Assembly: GCA_043771175.1 (NCBI GenBank) | Contig: JAYVHO010000006.1 | Location: forward strand, 9,800-73,799 | Length of the DNA stretch: 64,000 nt | Direction of reading: 5' to 3' | Origin: a bacterium | Lineage (GTDB): Bacteria; Patescibacteriota; Minisyncoccia; Phycocordibacterales; UBA1006 | Part shown: in pieces, positions 21,489-31,302 of the stretch | How positions within the stretch are numbered: the stretch's first letter is position 1 | Layout of the letters: each line of letters starts with the position of its first letter | The notes under the pieces: model-generated | The model's database searches: none | Seen by the model: the letters and a program-made list of their open reading frames with translations, nothing else | Told to the model about the DNA's origin: nothing | Translations under genes and position numbers: made by a program

Positions 21489-21517
21489 AAAAACACCTTT
21501 TATACAAAGGTGTTTTT
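21489..21517 (+). terminator. Rho-independent terminator
   Basis: AAAAACACCTTT-TATAC-AAAGGTGTTTTT. Confidence 0.75.
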
Positions 21518-21518
21518 A

Positions 21519-21604
21519 TATCGGACATATTATATTATGTATCATATTCTTTATCGGACATAAGTATTACTAATGGACATACATATATATGTATAACGGA
21601 CAAA
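21519..21604. repeat. Cluster of TAxxGGACATA repeats forming two 11-6-11 dif-like sites
   Basis: TATCGGACATA-TTATAT-TATGTATCATA (21519-21546), TAATGGACATA-CATATA-TATGTATAACG (21571-21598), extra half-sites at 21552 and 21594. Confidence 0.55.
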
Positions 21605-21640
21605 CATAACAAAAACCCCATCACGGGGTTTTTGTTATGT
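21604..21640 (-). terminator. Rho-independent terminator
   Basis: ACATAACAAAAACCCC-ATCAC-GGGGTTTTTGTTATGT. Confidence 0.8.
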
Positions 21641-22407
21641 TAGATATTAATACTCTCTTCTTCTATAAATATCTCTGTATTTCCACTTTCATCAGTTATT
21701 TCCACAATCTCTTGAACTATCACCTCTTGAGGTTTATTTATAACTATTTCTGACTTTACTATTTTTTTGGCAATCACAGCTTTCTTTACGGGAGTTTTTT
21801 TCTCTATCATTTTCTTTGCTGGTTTTTTGGGATCTTTTTGAATTTTTTCTTTTGCTGCCGCAGCTTTATCTTTAACTGCTTTTTTAGCGAGCTTTTCTTT
21901 TTCAATTAATCGTTTTGCCATTTCTTCTAGTTTTATGTCTTCGTTAATCTTGGTAATATCCTTTAAAATTTGATCTGCATGCTTTGCGGGATTTACCTTT
22001 GCATACACTTTAACAATCTTGCCTTTTGGATCAATTAAATATGAAATGCGAGTTAAAGAATGGGTTATCTTTTTACCATTATCCTTGGTAACCAAAGCGC
22101 CATAAGCCTCAGACATCTTTAGTTTTTCATCAGTCAGCACCGCAAATGGTAATTTATATTCTTTCACAAATTTTTTATGAGAATCCATATCGTCCAATGA
22201 AACACCTAAAACCACTACACCTGCTTTTTTAAGCTCTTTATTCACATCTCTCAAAGAACATGCCTCTGCCGTACACCCAGGCGTAAAGTCTTTTGGGTAG
22301 AAATAGAGCAGAACAAAAGAATCTTTGTAGTCGGAAAGTGAATGCTTAACCCCTTTATGGTCAAACAAACTAAAAGCTGGTGCCTTTTGCATAATCTCTA
22401 ATAACAT
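21640..22407 (-). CDS. bcp: BCP-type peroxiredoxin with Lys-rich and acidic C-terminal extension
   Basis: YFYPKDFTPGCTAEACSLRD motif. Confidence 0.9.
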   Translation of the reverse strand: MLLEIMQKAPAFSLFDHKGVKHSLSDYKDSFVLLYFYPKDFTPGCTAEACSLRDVNKELKKAGVVVLGVSLDDMDSHKKFVKEYKLPFAVLTDEKLKMSEAYGALVTKDNGKKITHSLTRISYLIDPKGKIVKVYAKVNPAKHADQILKDITKINEDIKLEEMAKRLIEKEKLAKKAVKDKAAAAKEKIQKDPKKPAKKMIEKKTPVKKAVIAKKIVKSEIVINKPQEVIVQEIVEITDESGNTEIFIEEESINI

Positions 22408-22437
22408 AAAATATAGATTCTACTAGTATGTTATGTA

Positions 22438-23010
22438 TTATAAATTATTTTTAAGAGAAACACGAAGTCTATACAAAAATGGCATCATCACACCACTTAA
22501 CATCGTAATTGTTAAGAGAAACGCAAGAATGTGTGGTGATGGAATCTGGTCAAAAATCTTAAAAAATGAAATCAGCAAAACAGTACTGTGTGCAACCATC
22601 ATACCAACATAAGAAACATACATTGTTCTTGTTTTTGCTTCAATTTTTGATTCTTCTACTTTATGAGGCATACCCAAAAGTGACCGAAGGTCTCGTAGGA
22701 CAGGTAATGAATATGACACAATAAGCAGTGCATTCAATACTGAAACATACATCCATACTAAGAATGTTCTTGTTTCATAGAGAATATTAAGAAATTGCGG
22801 AAATAGAAAGAATAATAAAAGTGCTATTATTTGCAAAATATTAACGCCAATAAATACCGATGTGGATACTTTGTATTCTTGTGCAAATACATGAGGGATT
22901 CTCCCTGTATGAATAAACTCGAGCACAATAATACATTCCACTACCGCAGCAACAAAACCAAGCATGGCAGCAGCCATCATTACCCACCACAAAATATCAG
23001 CAAACATCAT
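22438..23010 (-). CDS. Integral membrane hypothetical protein
   Basis: About five hydrophobic segments; start placed after a TATACT box. Confidence 0.7.
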   Translation of the reverse strand: MMFADILWWVMMAAAMLGFVAAVVECIIVLEFIHTGRIPHVFAQEYKVSTSVFIGVNILQIIALLLFFLFPQFLNILYETRTFLVWMYVSVLNALLIVSYSLPVLRDLRSLLGMPHKVEESKIEAKTRTMYVSYVGMMVAHSTVLLISFFKIFDQIPSPHILAFLLTITMLSGVMMPFLYRLRVSLKNNL

Positions 23011-23031
23011 ATGATCACAGTATAGCATCTA

Positions 23032-23460
23032 CTACTTGTTTAAAATGACCGCAATAATATCTCTTTTATTTTGAGGAGTCACGCCGTACTGATTACTGTA
23101 ATTGTCACCTTTTTTAACCACAAGCATGATAAAAAAAGGAATACCAATATATGGTAAAAATGAAACCAATATAAACATCGGGTTTATATTCATATCTTTT
23201 AACCTTCTTACTCCCAGACCCACAGAAAATATTGCTTGTAAAAAATAAAGGGGAAACAGCGCCCACAGATTTCCTATACCAGAAAGTGTCTTTTGCATTT
23301 CTATGATGGTATATGGAATTTCAATGCGTACAACAAGCAGTAAATAAACAAGGGTAAAAGCCCCAAATATATATCCAATAAAAAGCATGCTTTTAAAATA
23401 CTGCATTCTATTGATTCTCCCGGTAAAAACCCGTGCCCACATGATGATAAATGAATTCAT
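23032..23460 (-). CDS. DUF805 family membrane protein
   Basis: GRINRMQY...VRRLKDMN...GDNYSNQYG. Confidence 0.85.
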   Translation of the reverse strand: MNSFIIMWARVFTGRINRMQYFKSMLFIGYIFGAFTLVYLLLVVRIEIPYTIIEMQKTLSGIGNLWALFPLYFLQAIFSVGLGVRRLKDMNINPMFILVSFLPYIGIPFFIMLVVKKGDNYSNQYGVTPQNKRDIIAVILNK

Positions 23461-23484
23461 ATGATAAGTATACCAAAAACTTAT

Positions 23485-23715
23485 TTATTTTTGCCATCTT
23501 CTGTTCATCATATACCTGTCAACATCATGGAATTTTTGATAGGTTACTTGGTGTGATTTTTTAACCATATACCAAGCACCCTTTGCACTATTCGTAAACA
23601 CAAGTTTAAAAATAAATATAACGCCCTTATAAAGAAAAGGGATTATATGAGTTAGCAGTGCAAAAACTTCTTTATACAGTACTAAAATTGCCCCTATGAT
23701 TATATATAAATACAT
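23485..23715 (-). CDS. Small membrane hypothetical protein
   Basis: Hydrophobic N-terminus, TATAAT upstream, fills the intergenic gap. Confidence 0.55.
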   Translation of the reverse strand: MYLYIIIGAILVLYKEVFALLTHIIPFLYKGVIFIFKLVFTNSAKGAWYMVKKSHQVTYQKFHDVDRYMMNRRWQK

Positions 23716-23754
23716 ATCGTGCAAATATTATAACGCACATATTTAAGCAATCTT

Positions 23755-25947
23755 TTATTTCTTAAATGACACGGTGAATATAACCCCTAACTGACCTGGT
23801 AATTTATTTTCAAAAACTACGTCATGCCCCATAGCATCAGCAATTTGCTTTGACATATAAAGACCCAAACCATTTCCCGTATATGAATTTTTCACATTCG
23901 CTGCACGGTAGAACTTTTCAAAAATATGGTCTTTGTCTTCTGGTGGAATCCCTGGCCCATCATCTTTTACCATAAGTTTTACCTGATCTATATCATCGTT
24001 AATAATGATTTCTATAGTTCCACCTAAAGGAGAATACTTCACGGCGTTTGCAATAAGATTTTGTAATACCATTTTTAAGAGTTTTTCGTCAGTTTTAACC
24101 GTAACCTGATTATTATTTGAAACTTGAAGGAAAATCTTTTTTTCATTCATCATCGCTTTAAATTCTTGTAAAACATTATCTCTTACTGCTACCAAATTTG
24201 TTGGCATAATAATTGGCGTCAACACACCTAGCTCCAACTTTGAAACATTCAATAGCATATTAACCATATCAATCATACCTTGATTAGTTGTTTGAATCAG
24301 TGAAATCTGTTCTTTAACTTCAGGTTCTATTTGTTTACTCAACAGAGCTTCTGATGCCCAACGTATTGCTGTCATAGGGGTACGTAATTGATGTGACGCA
24401 AACATAAAGAATTCTCCTTTCTTTTTCTCTGTTTGAGCCTCTTCGGTAATATCAGTCATTAAAAGCACCGCACCTAAATACTCCCCGAGTGCAAATATCG
24501 GCGCACAAGAAAGAGCAATATTAATTGAAATCTGATTATTTTTACCATCCAAAACCAACGGATATTCTAAAGAATAGTAGGTATATTTATTTTGTGATGA
24601 TAACACTTTTTCAAAAGAAAACTCTACGTCATCAGTTTTTGAAATGCCAAAGACCTCTTTATATAGAGGATTTTCCATACCATTAAATAACTCATTAAAC
24701 TTTTTATTAGAACGAACCACCGCACCTTGCTTATCTATAACACACATAATGTCACCCAGTGATGAAATCAACGCATCATCATTTGCTTTTTGACGCAATA
24801 ATTGCTTGTTTAACACTTCAATTTTTGACAAAGTGCTGGTTAATTCTTGAGTTTTCTCGGCAACCTTATATTCCAACATTGAATAAGAAGAATACAGTGA
24901 TTCAGTCATTTTATTGAACATAGAAGCAATTCTCTGAAACTCAACAGTAGAAGATCCTTCAACCTGAATCTTAAAGTCGCCTTTTTCAATAGAACTAAGT
25001 CCTCCAATAATGGTATTAAGTGGTTTTATGAGTACTTTTCTAATAATCATGATTTCGTAAATAAAAATAGTAAGTAGCAAAGAAAGACATGTAAGTCCCA
25101 CTAAAAAATTGTTGGTAAATGATGTGAATAATGTTTTGGTATTAACCATTCCAATAACAAACCATGACGTTGAACCTATAGTATTCGAAGATGCCAGATA
25201 TTTGGTATCATCGTAGTTCAAATTAAAAATCTTACCTTTATTATTTTTGATTTTTGTTGACACCTCAAAACTTTTTAACGCTTCCTTTTCTGTTTTACTT
25301 AATATTTCTGATGACGCCAGAATATCTAAGGTAGAACTTGCCACGATAATATGTTCATTATTTGTTTGTTTAAGAGATGGAATAATCCCCCACAGTGATC
25401 CAGCATCAATATAGGCAATAGTAATATGAGCAATTTCACCATTTGTAGAAATTACCGGTGTTGCCAGCGTAATATATTCATATCCAATTTCTGACATAAT
25501 CGGGTCAACAATAATTGTTTTTTTTGTTTTAATTGCTTGTTCTGTAATAATACTTCGCAATTGATTAGCGTTGTCTGTATTGGTTTCAAATAATGAATTA
25601 TGTGCTTCGTATTGGACAGCACCCAAATTATCAACAAGTTCAATACCCAAGAATGAGCCTTGATTAATAAGAAATGACTTTGCGTAAGTATCACGCTCAT
25701 CTATTTTTGCTACACTTAAATAAGAACCAACAAAAGAAACCTGCTCTTCAATGTTGGTTATTTTTTCTGTCAAAAGTTCTGTTGTTTTATTTACGAGAAC
25801 AAAAGGAGTTTGTCTGATAACATCTCTATTTTGAATAAAAGAACGCAGAGTCAACACAAAAAGTACCACAATAACACAGGCTACTGAGAATAAAAACGGT
25901 AAACCCAACTGTCGTATTAAGGTGTTTTTAGGTGAATTATTGTTCAT
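23755..25947 (-). CDS. Sensor histidine kinase (Cache-like periplasmic domain, HAMP, PAS, HisKA, HATPase)
   Basis: H-box ASHQLRTPMT, N-box NLIANAVKYS, DDGPGI, GNGLGL; two TM helices. Confidence 0.95.
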   Translation of the reverse strand: MNNNSPKNTLIRQLGLPFLFSVACVIVVLFVLTLRSFIQNRDVIRQTPFVLVNKTTELLTEKITNIEEQVSFVGSYLSVAKIDERDTYAKSFLINQGSFLGIELVDNLGAVQYEAHNSLFETNTDNANQLRSIITEQAIKTKKTIIVDPIMSEIGYEYITLATPVISTNGEIAHITIAYIDAGSLWGIIPSLKQTNNEHIIVASSTLDILASSEILSKTEKEALKSFEVSTKIKNNKGKIFNLNYDDTKYLASSNTIGSTSWFVIGMVNTKTLFTSFTNNFLVGLTCLSLLLTIFIYEIMIIRKVLIKPLNTIIGGLSSIEKGDFKIQVEGSSTVEFQRIASMFNKMTESLYSSYSMLEYKVAEKTQELTSTLSKIEVLNKQLLRQKANDDALISSLGDIMCVIDKQGAVVRSNKKFNELFNGMENPLYKEVFGISKTDDVEFSFEKVLSSQNKYTYYSLEYPLVLDGKNNQISINIALSCAPIFALGEYLGAVLLMTDITEEAQTEKKKGEFFMFASHQLRTPMTAIRWASEALLSKQIEPEVKEQISLIQTTNQGMIDMVNMLLNVSKLELGVLTPIIMPTNLVAVRDNVLQEFKAMMNEKKIFLQVSNNNQVTVKTDEKLLKMVLQNLIANAVKYSPLGGTIEIIINDDIDQVKLMVKDDGPGIPPEDKDHIFEKFYRAANVKNSYTGNGLGLYMSKQIADAMGHDVVFENKLPGQLGVIFTVSFKK

Positions 25948-27151
25948 ACAGATATTCTTTTTCAAGATATTTTACTCCGCTGATTATTTTATAGACCATA
26001 ATTTTATTATTTCGCAGATCTCCAAACTCATTTATAGGAACTACTCCTGTTGCACCATTGAACATACGCAGTGATGACAAAGTACGCAAATAAGAACCTC
26101 GAGATGGCAAAGAAGTTTTAGAAAGGACCTCAAGCACTAACTGTGCACTATCATATCCTGCGTAGGCATATTTATCAGGATCATACCCATAGACATCGAT
26201 AAACGCATTATAAAAATCTGTTTTATATTCTTTTATCAAACTTGCATCTAAAAATGAAGACACTACATAGGTCGTTCCCTCAAATATTTTAGAAAATTCT
26301 ATAATTTCGTTTGTATCATCATAGGTTTGGTTAAATATTACTGATATATTTTGCTGTTTTTTAAAGGTTAGCAATTTATGAAAAATATCAGTTCCCAATG
26401 GTGAGCCAAACTCGGTTATTACTACTATTACATTATATTGTGATAATCCCATTTTTTGAACAAACTCAGCATCGGTAACCATATCAGCATCTAATAATTC
26501 GTTATTTTTTTGAGCTTGAAGATCAGAAGACCCATTACTTCGTATTATAAGTGTTTTTTTAGACGAAATACTCTCTGCAAATTCATATACACCACGAACA
26601 GACATATCAACACTCGGGGAAACTCGTGCCAATGATCTAAAATTTGTTGGATATAATAATCGAGGATACCCGTTTCTATACCCACTTTTTGTAACATATG
26701 ATGCACTGGCAATCGGCATAATATTAAATAAATACCCTTTATTAAGTTCTGGAATAACCACATCCGCTGCCCCTGCGGTTAACGGCCCAATATATGCAAC
26801 TACATTTTCATTCTCAGCAGACTGTTTTGCGGCGTTAATTTCTTTAGAAACCACAGGAATCCCCTCGGTATTGCCCGTATCAATGGACACTATTTCAACT
26901 CTTTTTCCATTAATCATAGTGTTTTGTCCGATAGAAAGCTCTACTCCGTCCGTTATTGACCGAGAGATTTCATTATTTATTGGCAAACCCACTACCACCT
27001 GCATAGTGGTTGATTTATTTTTGAAAGATTCTTTGCTGGTTAAATAGAATGTTAAAACACCTAAAAAGAGCGACGTTACAACACCACCATAAAAAAATAT
27101 TCGCAAAACGGTAGGGTTATTGTTGTTATTTTTGATAGGTACATCATCCAT
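25937..27151 (-). CDS. LivJ/K-like (branched-chain amino acid type) periplasmic binding protein
   Basis: VVAYIGPLTAG, YAYAGYDSAQL, FNGATG motifs; N-terminal TM. Confidence 0.85.
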   Translation of the reverse strand: MDDVPIKNNNNNPTVLRIFFYGGVVTSLFLGVLTFYLTSKESFKNKSTTMQVVVGLPINNEISRSITDGVELSIGQNTMINGKRVEIVSIDTGNTEGIPVVSKEINAAKQSAENENVVAYIGPLTAGAADVVIPELNKGYLFNIMPIASASYVTKSGYRNGYPRLLYPTNFRSLARVSPSVDMSVRGVYEFAESISSKKTLIIRSNGSSDLQAQKNNELLDADMVTDAEFVQKMGLSQYNVIVVITEFGSPLGTDIFHKLLTFKKQQNISVIFNQTYDDTNEIIEFSKIFEGTTYVVSSFLDASLIKEYKTDFYNAFIDVYGYDPDKYAYAGYDSAQLVLEVLSKTSLPSRGSYLRTLSSLRMFNGATGVVPINEFGDLRNNKIMVYKIISGVKYLEKEYLYEQ

Positions 27152-27232
27152 TATCTTTAATTGTAATACATCATTATTTGATATTTTATATATAGTTGTG
27201 CAAGTTACGAACTACGTATTATAATATGTAAC

Positions 27233-27802
27233 ATGAACACAGAAAAAGCCTCTTCAGATGACTCATTCATGAGATTTATCTTTATTATTATGTTGGTGGC
27301 ACTACCACTTCGAATCTTTGTTTTTTGGCCGTTTGTCGTAAGTGGAGAATCAATGGTACCAACTTTTGAGGACAAACAATATCTTATCGTTGACAAGATA
27401 AGCTACAAACTTCATGACGTACAACGTGGTGATGTAGTGGTGTTTAAATATCCCAAAGATCCAACTCGCTATTTTATTAAACGTATCATTGGGCTTCCAA
27501 CAGAATCAGTTCTTGTTAAAAATGGCATAGTAACTATTTCATCAGCTGACAAAACCACCATAGCAACACTGTCAGAACCATATATTTCTGATACGACTAC
27601 CGGAACCACGGAACTTTCTTTAGGAGAAGATGAATATTTTGTAATGGGAGACAATCGTCCACAGAGTTCTGACTCTCGTGTATGGGGACCAGTAGAGAAA
27701 AATCTTATCATTGGAAAAACACTGTTTCGACTGTTGCCACTCAGTAGAGCTTCAGTATTTCCTGGTAAAACCATTTATCAAGATACAGAGCCAACCAATT
27801 AG
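27233..27802 (+). CDS. lepB: Signal peptidase I
   Basis: SGESMVPT, IKRIIGLP, GDNRPQSSDSR. Confidence 0.97.
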   Translation: MNTEKASSDDSFMRFIFIIMLVALPLRIFVFWPFVVSGESMVPTFEDKQYLIVDKISYKLHDVQRGDVVVFKYPKDPTRYFIKRIIGLPTESVLVKNGIVTISSADKTTIATLSEPYISDTTTGTTELSLGEDEYFVMGDNRPQSSDSRVWGPVEKNLIIGKTLFRLLPLSRASVFPGKTIYQDTEPTN

Positions 27803-27819
27803 TATCATTTATTTACTGT

Positions 27820-29058
27820 ATGACCAGCAAGACAACCACTCCAAAAAAAACTTCAATTCCCCTTGCTTCAATAGCTAATGCTAAAAACAGGCTTATAGAA
27901 ACTCAAGCCATTCTTGAAAAAGCTCATGAAATAGCATTATTTTATGGTTTTGAAACAACTATCCTTCCCAGTATAGAACCAATGTCATTGTCTCGTGAAA
28001 AGCAATCAAATTATTCATTATCTCTTGGTAAACAAAAAGATTATCAATTCACCACTGACGCAACCCTTTCTCTACTTTCTATGAAAAGCGTTCTCATTGA
28101 GCCAAAAAATCCTCTGTATACCTTTTCTCTTTTGCCTAAAATTTCCATAGAAGACGGAACGATTGTTTCTTCTTTTGATATTCGATTTGATATCCACAAC
28201 TCTTCTAAACCAGTTTCTGACGCCATTATTATTGGTACAACCATGAAACTTCTGGAATCTCTTCAATTAAACAATATTAACTTACGTATTGGTACCGTGG
28301 GTGACAAAGATTCAAAAATTGCACATGAAAAAGAAATCAAATCATTCCTTAAAAAAAGTCTTTCAAAAATAGATCCAAAAGATAAAGACTTGTATAAGAT
28401 TTCCCCACTTTCAATTCTTTTTTCTGAACATGAAAAAACAAAAGAAATTTTAAAACATATCCCTGACACTATGAACACGCTTTCTCCTTCTGCAAAACAC
28501 TTCTTTAAAAACCTTATTGAATATCTTGAAGAAACCAAAATTGCGTATGAGTTTAATCCAACATACACGTTTGGTGACCCTTTGGTGTATCACACTATTT
28601 TTGAAGTAGTTCACAATGAAACAGGAAACGTTTTGGCACGTGGATACCGCTACGGAGAAGGACTTAAACAATATGGCATCGCCAAGGAAATTCCTTCTGT
28701 AGGGGTGCAAATTTGCATCGACACTATTCTCATGCAGCCAGACTGGGGAGAAATTCGTTCACGTATTGCACCATCTGCTAAATTCTATTTTATTCAATGT
28801 GGTATTGATGCAAAACTTAAAAGCTTACCAATTCTTGAAGAACTTCGCACCTCAAATATTTCCGTACTTCAGTCAATCACGGAAGATTCTCTTTCGAAAC
28901 AACTCGAAGCCGTAGAAGCCAATAAAATTCCTTATGTTTTGATCTTTGGTCAAAAAGAAGCAATAGATGGCACGGTATTGGTACGCACCATGAAAACCCG
29001 TTCACAGGTTGCAGTAAAAGTGAAAGATTTAGTTAAACTTTTAAAATCTTTGAAATAA
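27820..29058 (+). CDS. Histidyl-tRNA synthetase-like protein with degenerate catalytic motifs and intact anticodon-binding domain
   Basis: HisRS-like order of motifs (FYGF, HTIFE, GYRYG, PSVG, SLSKQL...ILFGQKE); the class II motif 2 and RGLDYY equivalents are lost. Confidence 0.75.
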   Translation: MTSKTTTPKKTSIPLASIANAKNRLIETQAILEKAHEIALFYGFETTILPSIEPMSLSREKQSNYSLSLGKQKDYQFTTDATLSLLSMKSVLIEPKNPLYTFSLLPKISIEDGTIVSSFDIRFDIHNSSKPVSDAIIIGTTMKLLESLQLNNINLRIGTVGDKDSKIAHEKEIKSFLKKSLSKIDPKDKDLYKISPLSILFSEHEKTKEILKHIPDTMNTLSPSAKHFFKNLIEYLEETKIAYEFNPTYTFGDPLVYHTIFEVVHNETGNVLARGYRYGEGLKQYGIAKEIPSVGVQICIDTILMQPDWGEIRSRIAPSAKFYFIQCGIDAKLKSLPILEELRTSNISVLQSITEDSLSKQLEAVEANKIPYVLIFGQKEAIDGTVLVRTMKTRSQVAVKVKDLVKLLKSLK

Positions 29059-29080
29059 CATCCTATTATTATTGAAATAA

Positions 29081-29202
29081 AAAAACCCTCAATACACTTC
29101 TCTCCAAATTCCATCCGGACGCAAGCGCCCTACGCGCTTTGAAAGCCATTTAAGCGCTTCGGGTCGTCGGTGGAATTTTTCAAGAAGGTATTGAGGGTTT
29201 TT
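29081..29202. repeat. ~120-nt imperfect inverted repeat (terminator arms enclosing a GC-rich insert)
   Basis: AAAAACCCTCAATAC/GTATTGAGGGTTTTT outer arms; AAATTCCA/TGGAATTT inner arms. Confidence 0.6.
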
Positions 29203-29259
29203 ATGATTGTGATCAAAAATAATATTTGCGTAATATTTAAAAATCAGTATAATTTTGGC

Positions 29260-29796
29260 ATGATTTCACTCATCGAAGAATCTTCACCCATTTTGCATAC
29301 ATCAGCATCTGTAGTTTCAAAAGAAGAATTTGGAACACCTATGCTTGAGAAGGAAATATCTGACATGTTCAACCTTCTTGAAATTAAAAAAGACGGAGTA
29401 GCACTGGCAGCACCACAAGTTGGCATTGCCAAACAAATATTCATTATTACTCCTCATATATTCAGCCACCCAGATGCCCATGAACTAGTGTACATTAACC
29501 CTCAAATTACATCAGCTTCAAAAGACACCAGCATGATGGAAGAAGGTTGTCTTTCTGTTCCCTATGTTTTTGGAAAAACCAAACGCTCCATCATGGCAAC
29601 CGTTCGCGCACAGCGGCGTGATGGTACTATTTTTGAAAAACGTGGCACCGGATTACTTGCTCAAATTTTTCAGCATGAGATAGACCATCTTCATGGAATT
29701 CTTTTTAACAGCCATGCAGATAATCTCAAAAAACTCTCGGAACAAGAAATCGCTGATTTTGAAGCAGAAGATTATAAAATAACACCAATATATTAA
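29260..29796 (+). CDS. def: Peptide deformylase
   Basis: GVALAAPQVG, EGCLS, QHEIDHLHG; start at MISLIEE with TATAAT 6 nt upstream. Confidence 0.97.
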   Translation: MISLIEESSPILHTSASVVSKEEFGTPMLEKEISDMFNLLEIKKDGVALAAPQVGIAKQIFIITPHIFSHPDAHELVYINPQITSASKDTSMMEEGCLSVPYVFGKTKRSIMATVRAQRRDGTIFEKRGTGLLAQIFQHEIDHLHGILFNSHADNLKKLSEQEIADFEAEDYKITPIY

Positions 29797-29797
29797 T

Positions 29798-30622
29798 ATG
29801 AATTCCCTCAAACTTATATTCTATGGAACCCCGCAACTATGTGTGCCATATTTGGATGCTCTTCACAGCGTTGGTTTTACCCCCAGCCTTATTATCACAG
29901 CGCCTGACAAACCAGTGGGCCGCAAACAAATTATTACCCCACCACCCGTAAAAGTGTGGGCTTTGGCTCATGATATTCCCTGTCTTCAACCAGAAAAACT
30001 CACACCAGAATTTATAGAATCAGTAAAAGCCATGGGTCCGTTTGATCTTTCAATCCTCATTGCATTTGGAAAGATTCTCAAGCAGCCGCTCATAGATTTA
30101 CCAGAACACGGAACCTTAAATGTTCATTATTCTTTACTTCCTCGTCACCGAGGTGCGTCTCCAACAGAAGCCACTATTTTATCAGGGGATGAAGAAGGCG
30201 GAGTAACCATTCAAAAAATGGTGTTTGAATTGGACGCTGGAGACATTATATCTGCGGCAAAAATCCCCCTAGATGGCACAGAATTTAAGCGTGATTTGTG
30301 GGATATTTTGTCAGAAATTGGATGTGAACTTTTAATTGACACCATTCCAGAGTATTTAAATAATGACATTACGTTATTGCCACAAGGTTCACATGGTATC
30401 ACCCACTGCACCAAAATAGAAAAAGATGATGGCTTGATTGATATTGAAAAAGATAATCATCTTGAAATATGGCGTAAATTCCGCGCCTATGACGGCTGGC
30501 CAGGAATCTTCTTTGTAAATACAGAAGGTAAACGAACAAACATCACACAAGCTTCTTTTGAAAATGATCTATTTATTATAGAAAAAGTAGTCGTTGAGGG
30601 TGAAACTGAAAAAGAATACTAA
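29798..30622 (+). CDS. fmt: Methionyl-tRNA formyltransferase
   Basis: FYGTP, NVHYSLLPRHRGASP, LDAGD. Confidence 0.96.
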   Translation: MNSLKLIFYGTPQLCVPYLDALHSVGFTPSLIITAPDKPVGRKQIITPPPVKVWALAHDIPCLQPEKLTPEFIESVKAMGPFDLSILIAFGKILKQPLIDLPEHGTLNVHYSLLPRHRGASPTEATILSGDEEGGVTIQKMVFELDAGDIISAAKIPLDGTEFKRDLWDILSEIGCELLIDTIPEYLNNDITLLPQGSHGITHCTKIEKDDGLIDIEKDNHLEIWRKFRAYDGWPGIFFVNTEGKRTNITQASFENDLFIIEKVVVEGETEKEY

Positions 30623-30624
30623 AT

Positions 30625-30650
30625 AAAAACCCACATTTCTGTGGGTTTTT
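30625..30650. terminator. Bidirectional terminator
   Basis: AAAACCCACA-TTTC-TGTGGGTTTT between convergent genes. Confidence 0.8.
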
Positions 30651-30660
30651 ATTATTAATA

Positions 30661-31302
30661 TTATTCTAAAATTTCAATTGAAGTTATTTCAACGGGATTA
30701 ACAGGCCTATCTGATCCTTGTGTTGCGGTGGTTGCAATAGCATATATCACATCCATTCCTTCTATAACTTTCCCAAATACGGTGTGTTTACCATCCAAAA
30801 AGGTATTATCGGCAACGTTGATAAAAAACTGACTTCCGTTGGTTCCTGGCCCTGCATTTGCCATAGAAATAGTTCCTACAACATTTGAAAGACCTTGTAC
30901 AAATTCATCTTCAAATTGATATCCAGGGCCACCTGTTCCCCACATTGATTGTTGAGAATCGTCTTTTGAAAGTGGATCTCCTCCTTGAATCATAAATCCT
31001 TTAATAACACGATGGAATTTAGTATTGGTGTAAAAACCATTTTTTACCAAATTAGTAAAATTTTGAACAGTCTTTGGCGTTTTATCTCCAAATAATTCAA
31101 GGGTAAATGTTCCATAATTAGTTGCAAATACTGCTTTAGTAATTTGTGCAACAGGAACCACCGGTGCTGGTGTTTCTTTTTGTTCTTCTGTGTTCATAGT
31201 TGTTTTTGTGGTGAGGTTATTTTTAATACCAATAAATATTCCTCCAAGTATCACAATAATTGAAAGAACGATGATAATCCATAAACCTTTGTTATCTGAC
31301 AT
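30661..31302 (-). CDS. Cyclophilin-type peptidyl-prolyl isomerase, membrane-anchored
   Basis: FHRVIKGFMIQGGDP, SMANAGPGTNGSQFFI. Confidence 0.97.
   Translation of the reverse strand: MSDNKGLWIIIVLSIIVILGGIFIGIKNNLTTKTTMNTEEQKETPAPVVPVAQITKAVFATNYGTFTLELFGDKTPKTVQNFTNLVKNGFYTNTKFHRVIKGFMIQGGDPLSKDDSQQSMWGTGGPGYQFEDEFVQGLSNVVGTISMANAGPGTNGSQFFINVADNTFLDGKHTVFGKVIEGMDVIYAIATTATQGSDRPVNPVEITSIEILE

Noticed and set aside
21519-21604. CRISPR-like array
   Set aside because: Repeats are only 11 bp, irregularly spaced, and no cas genes are present
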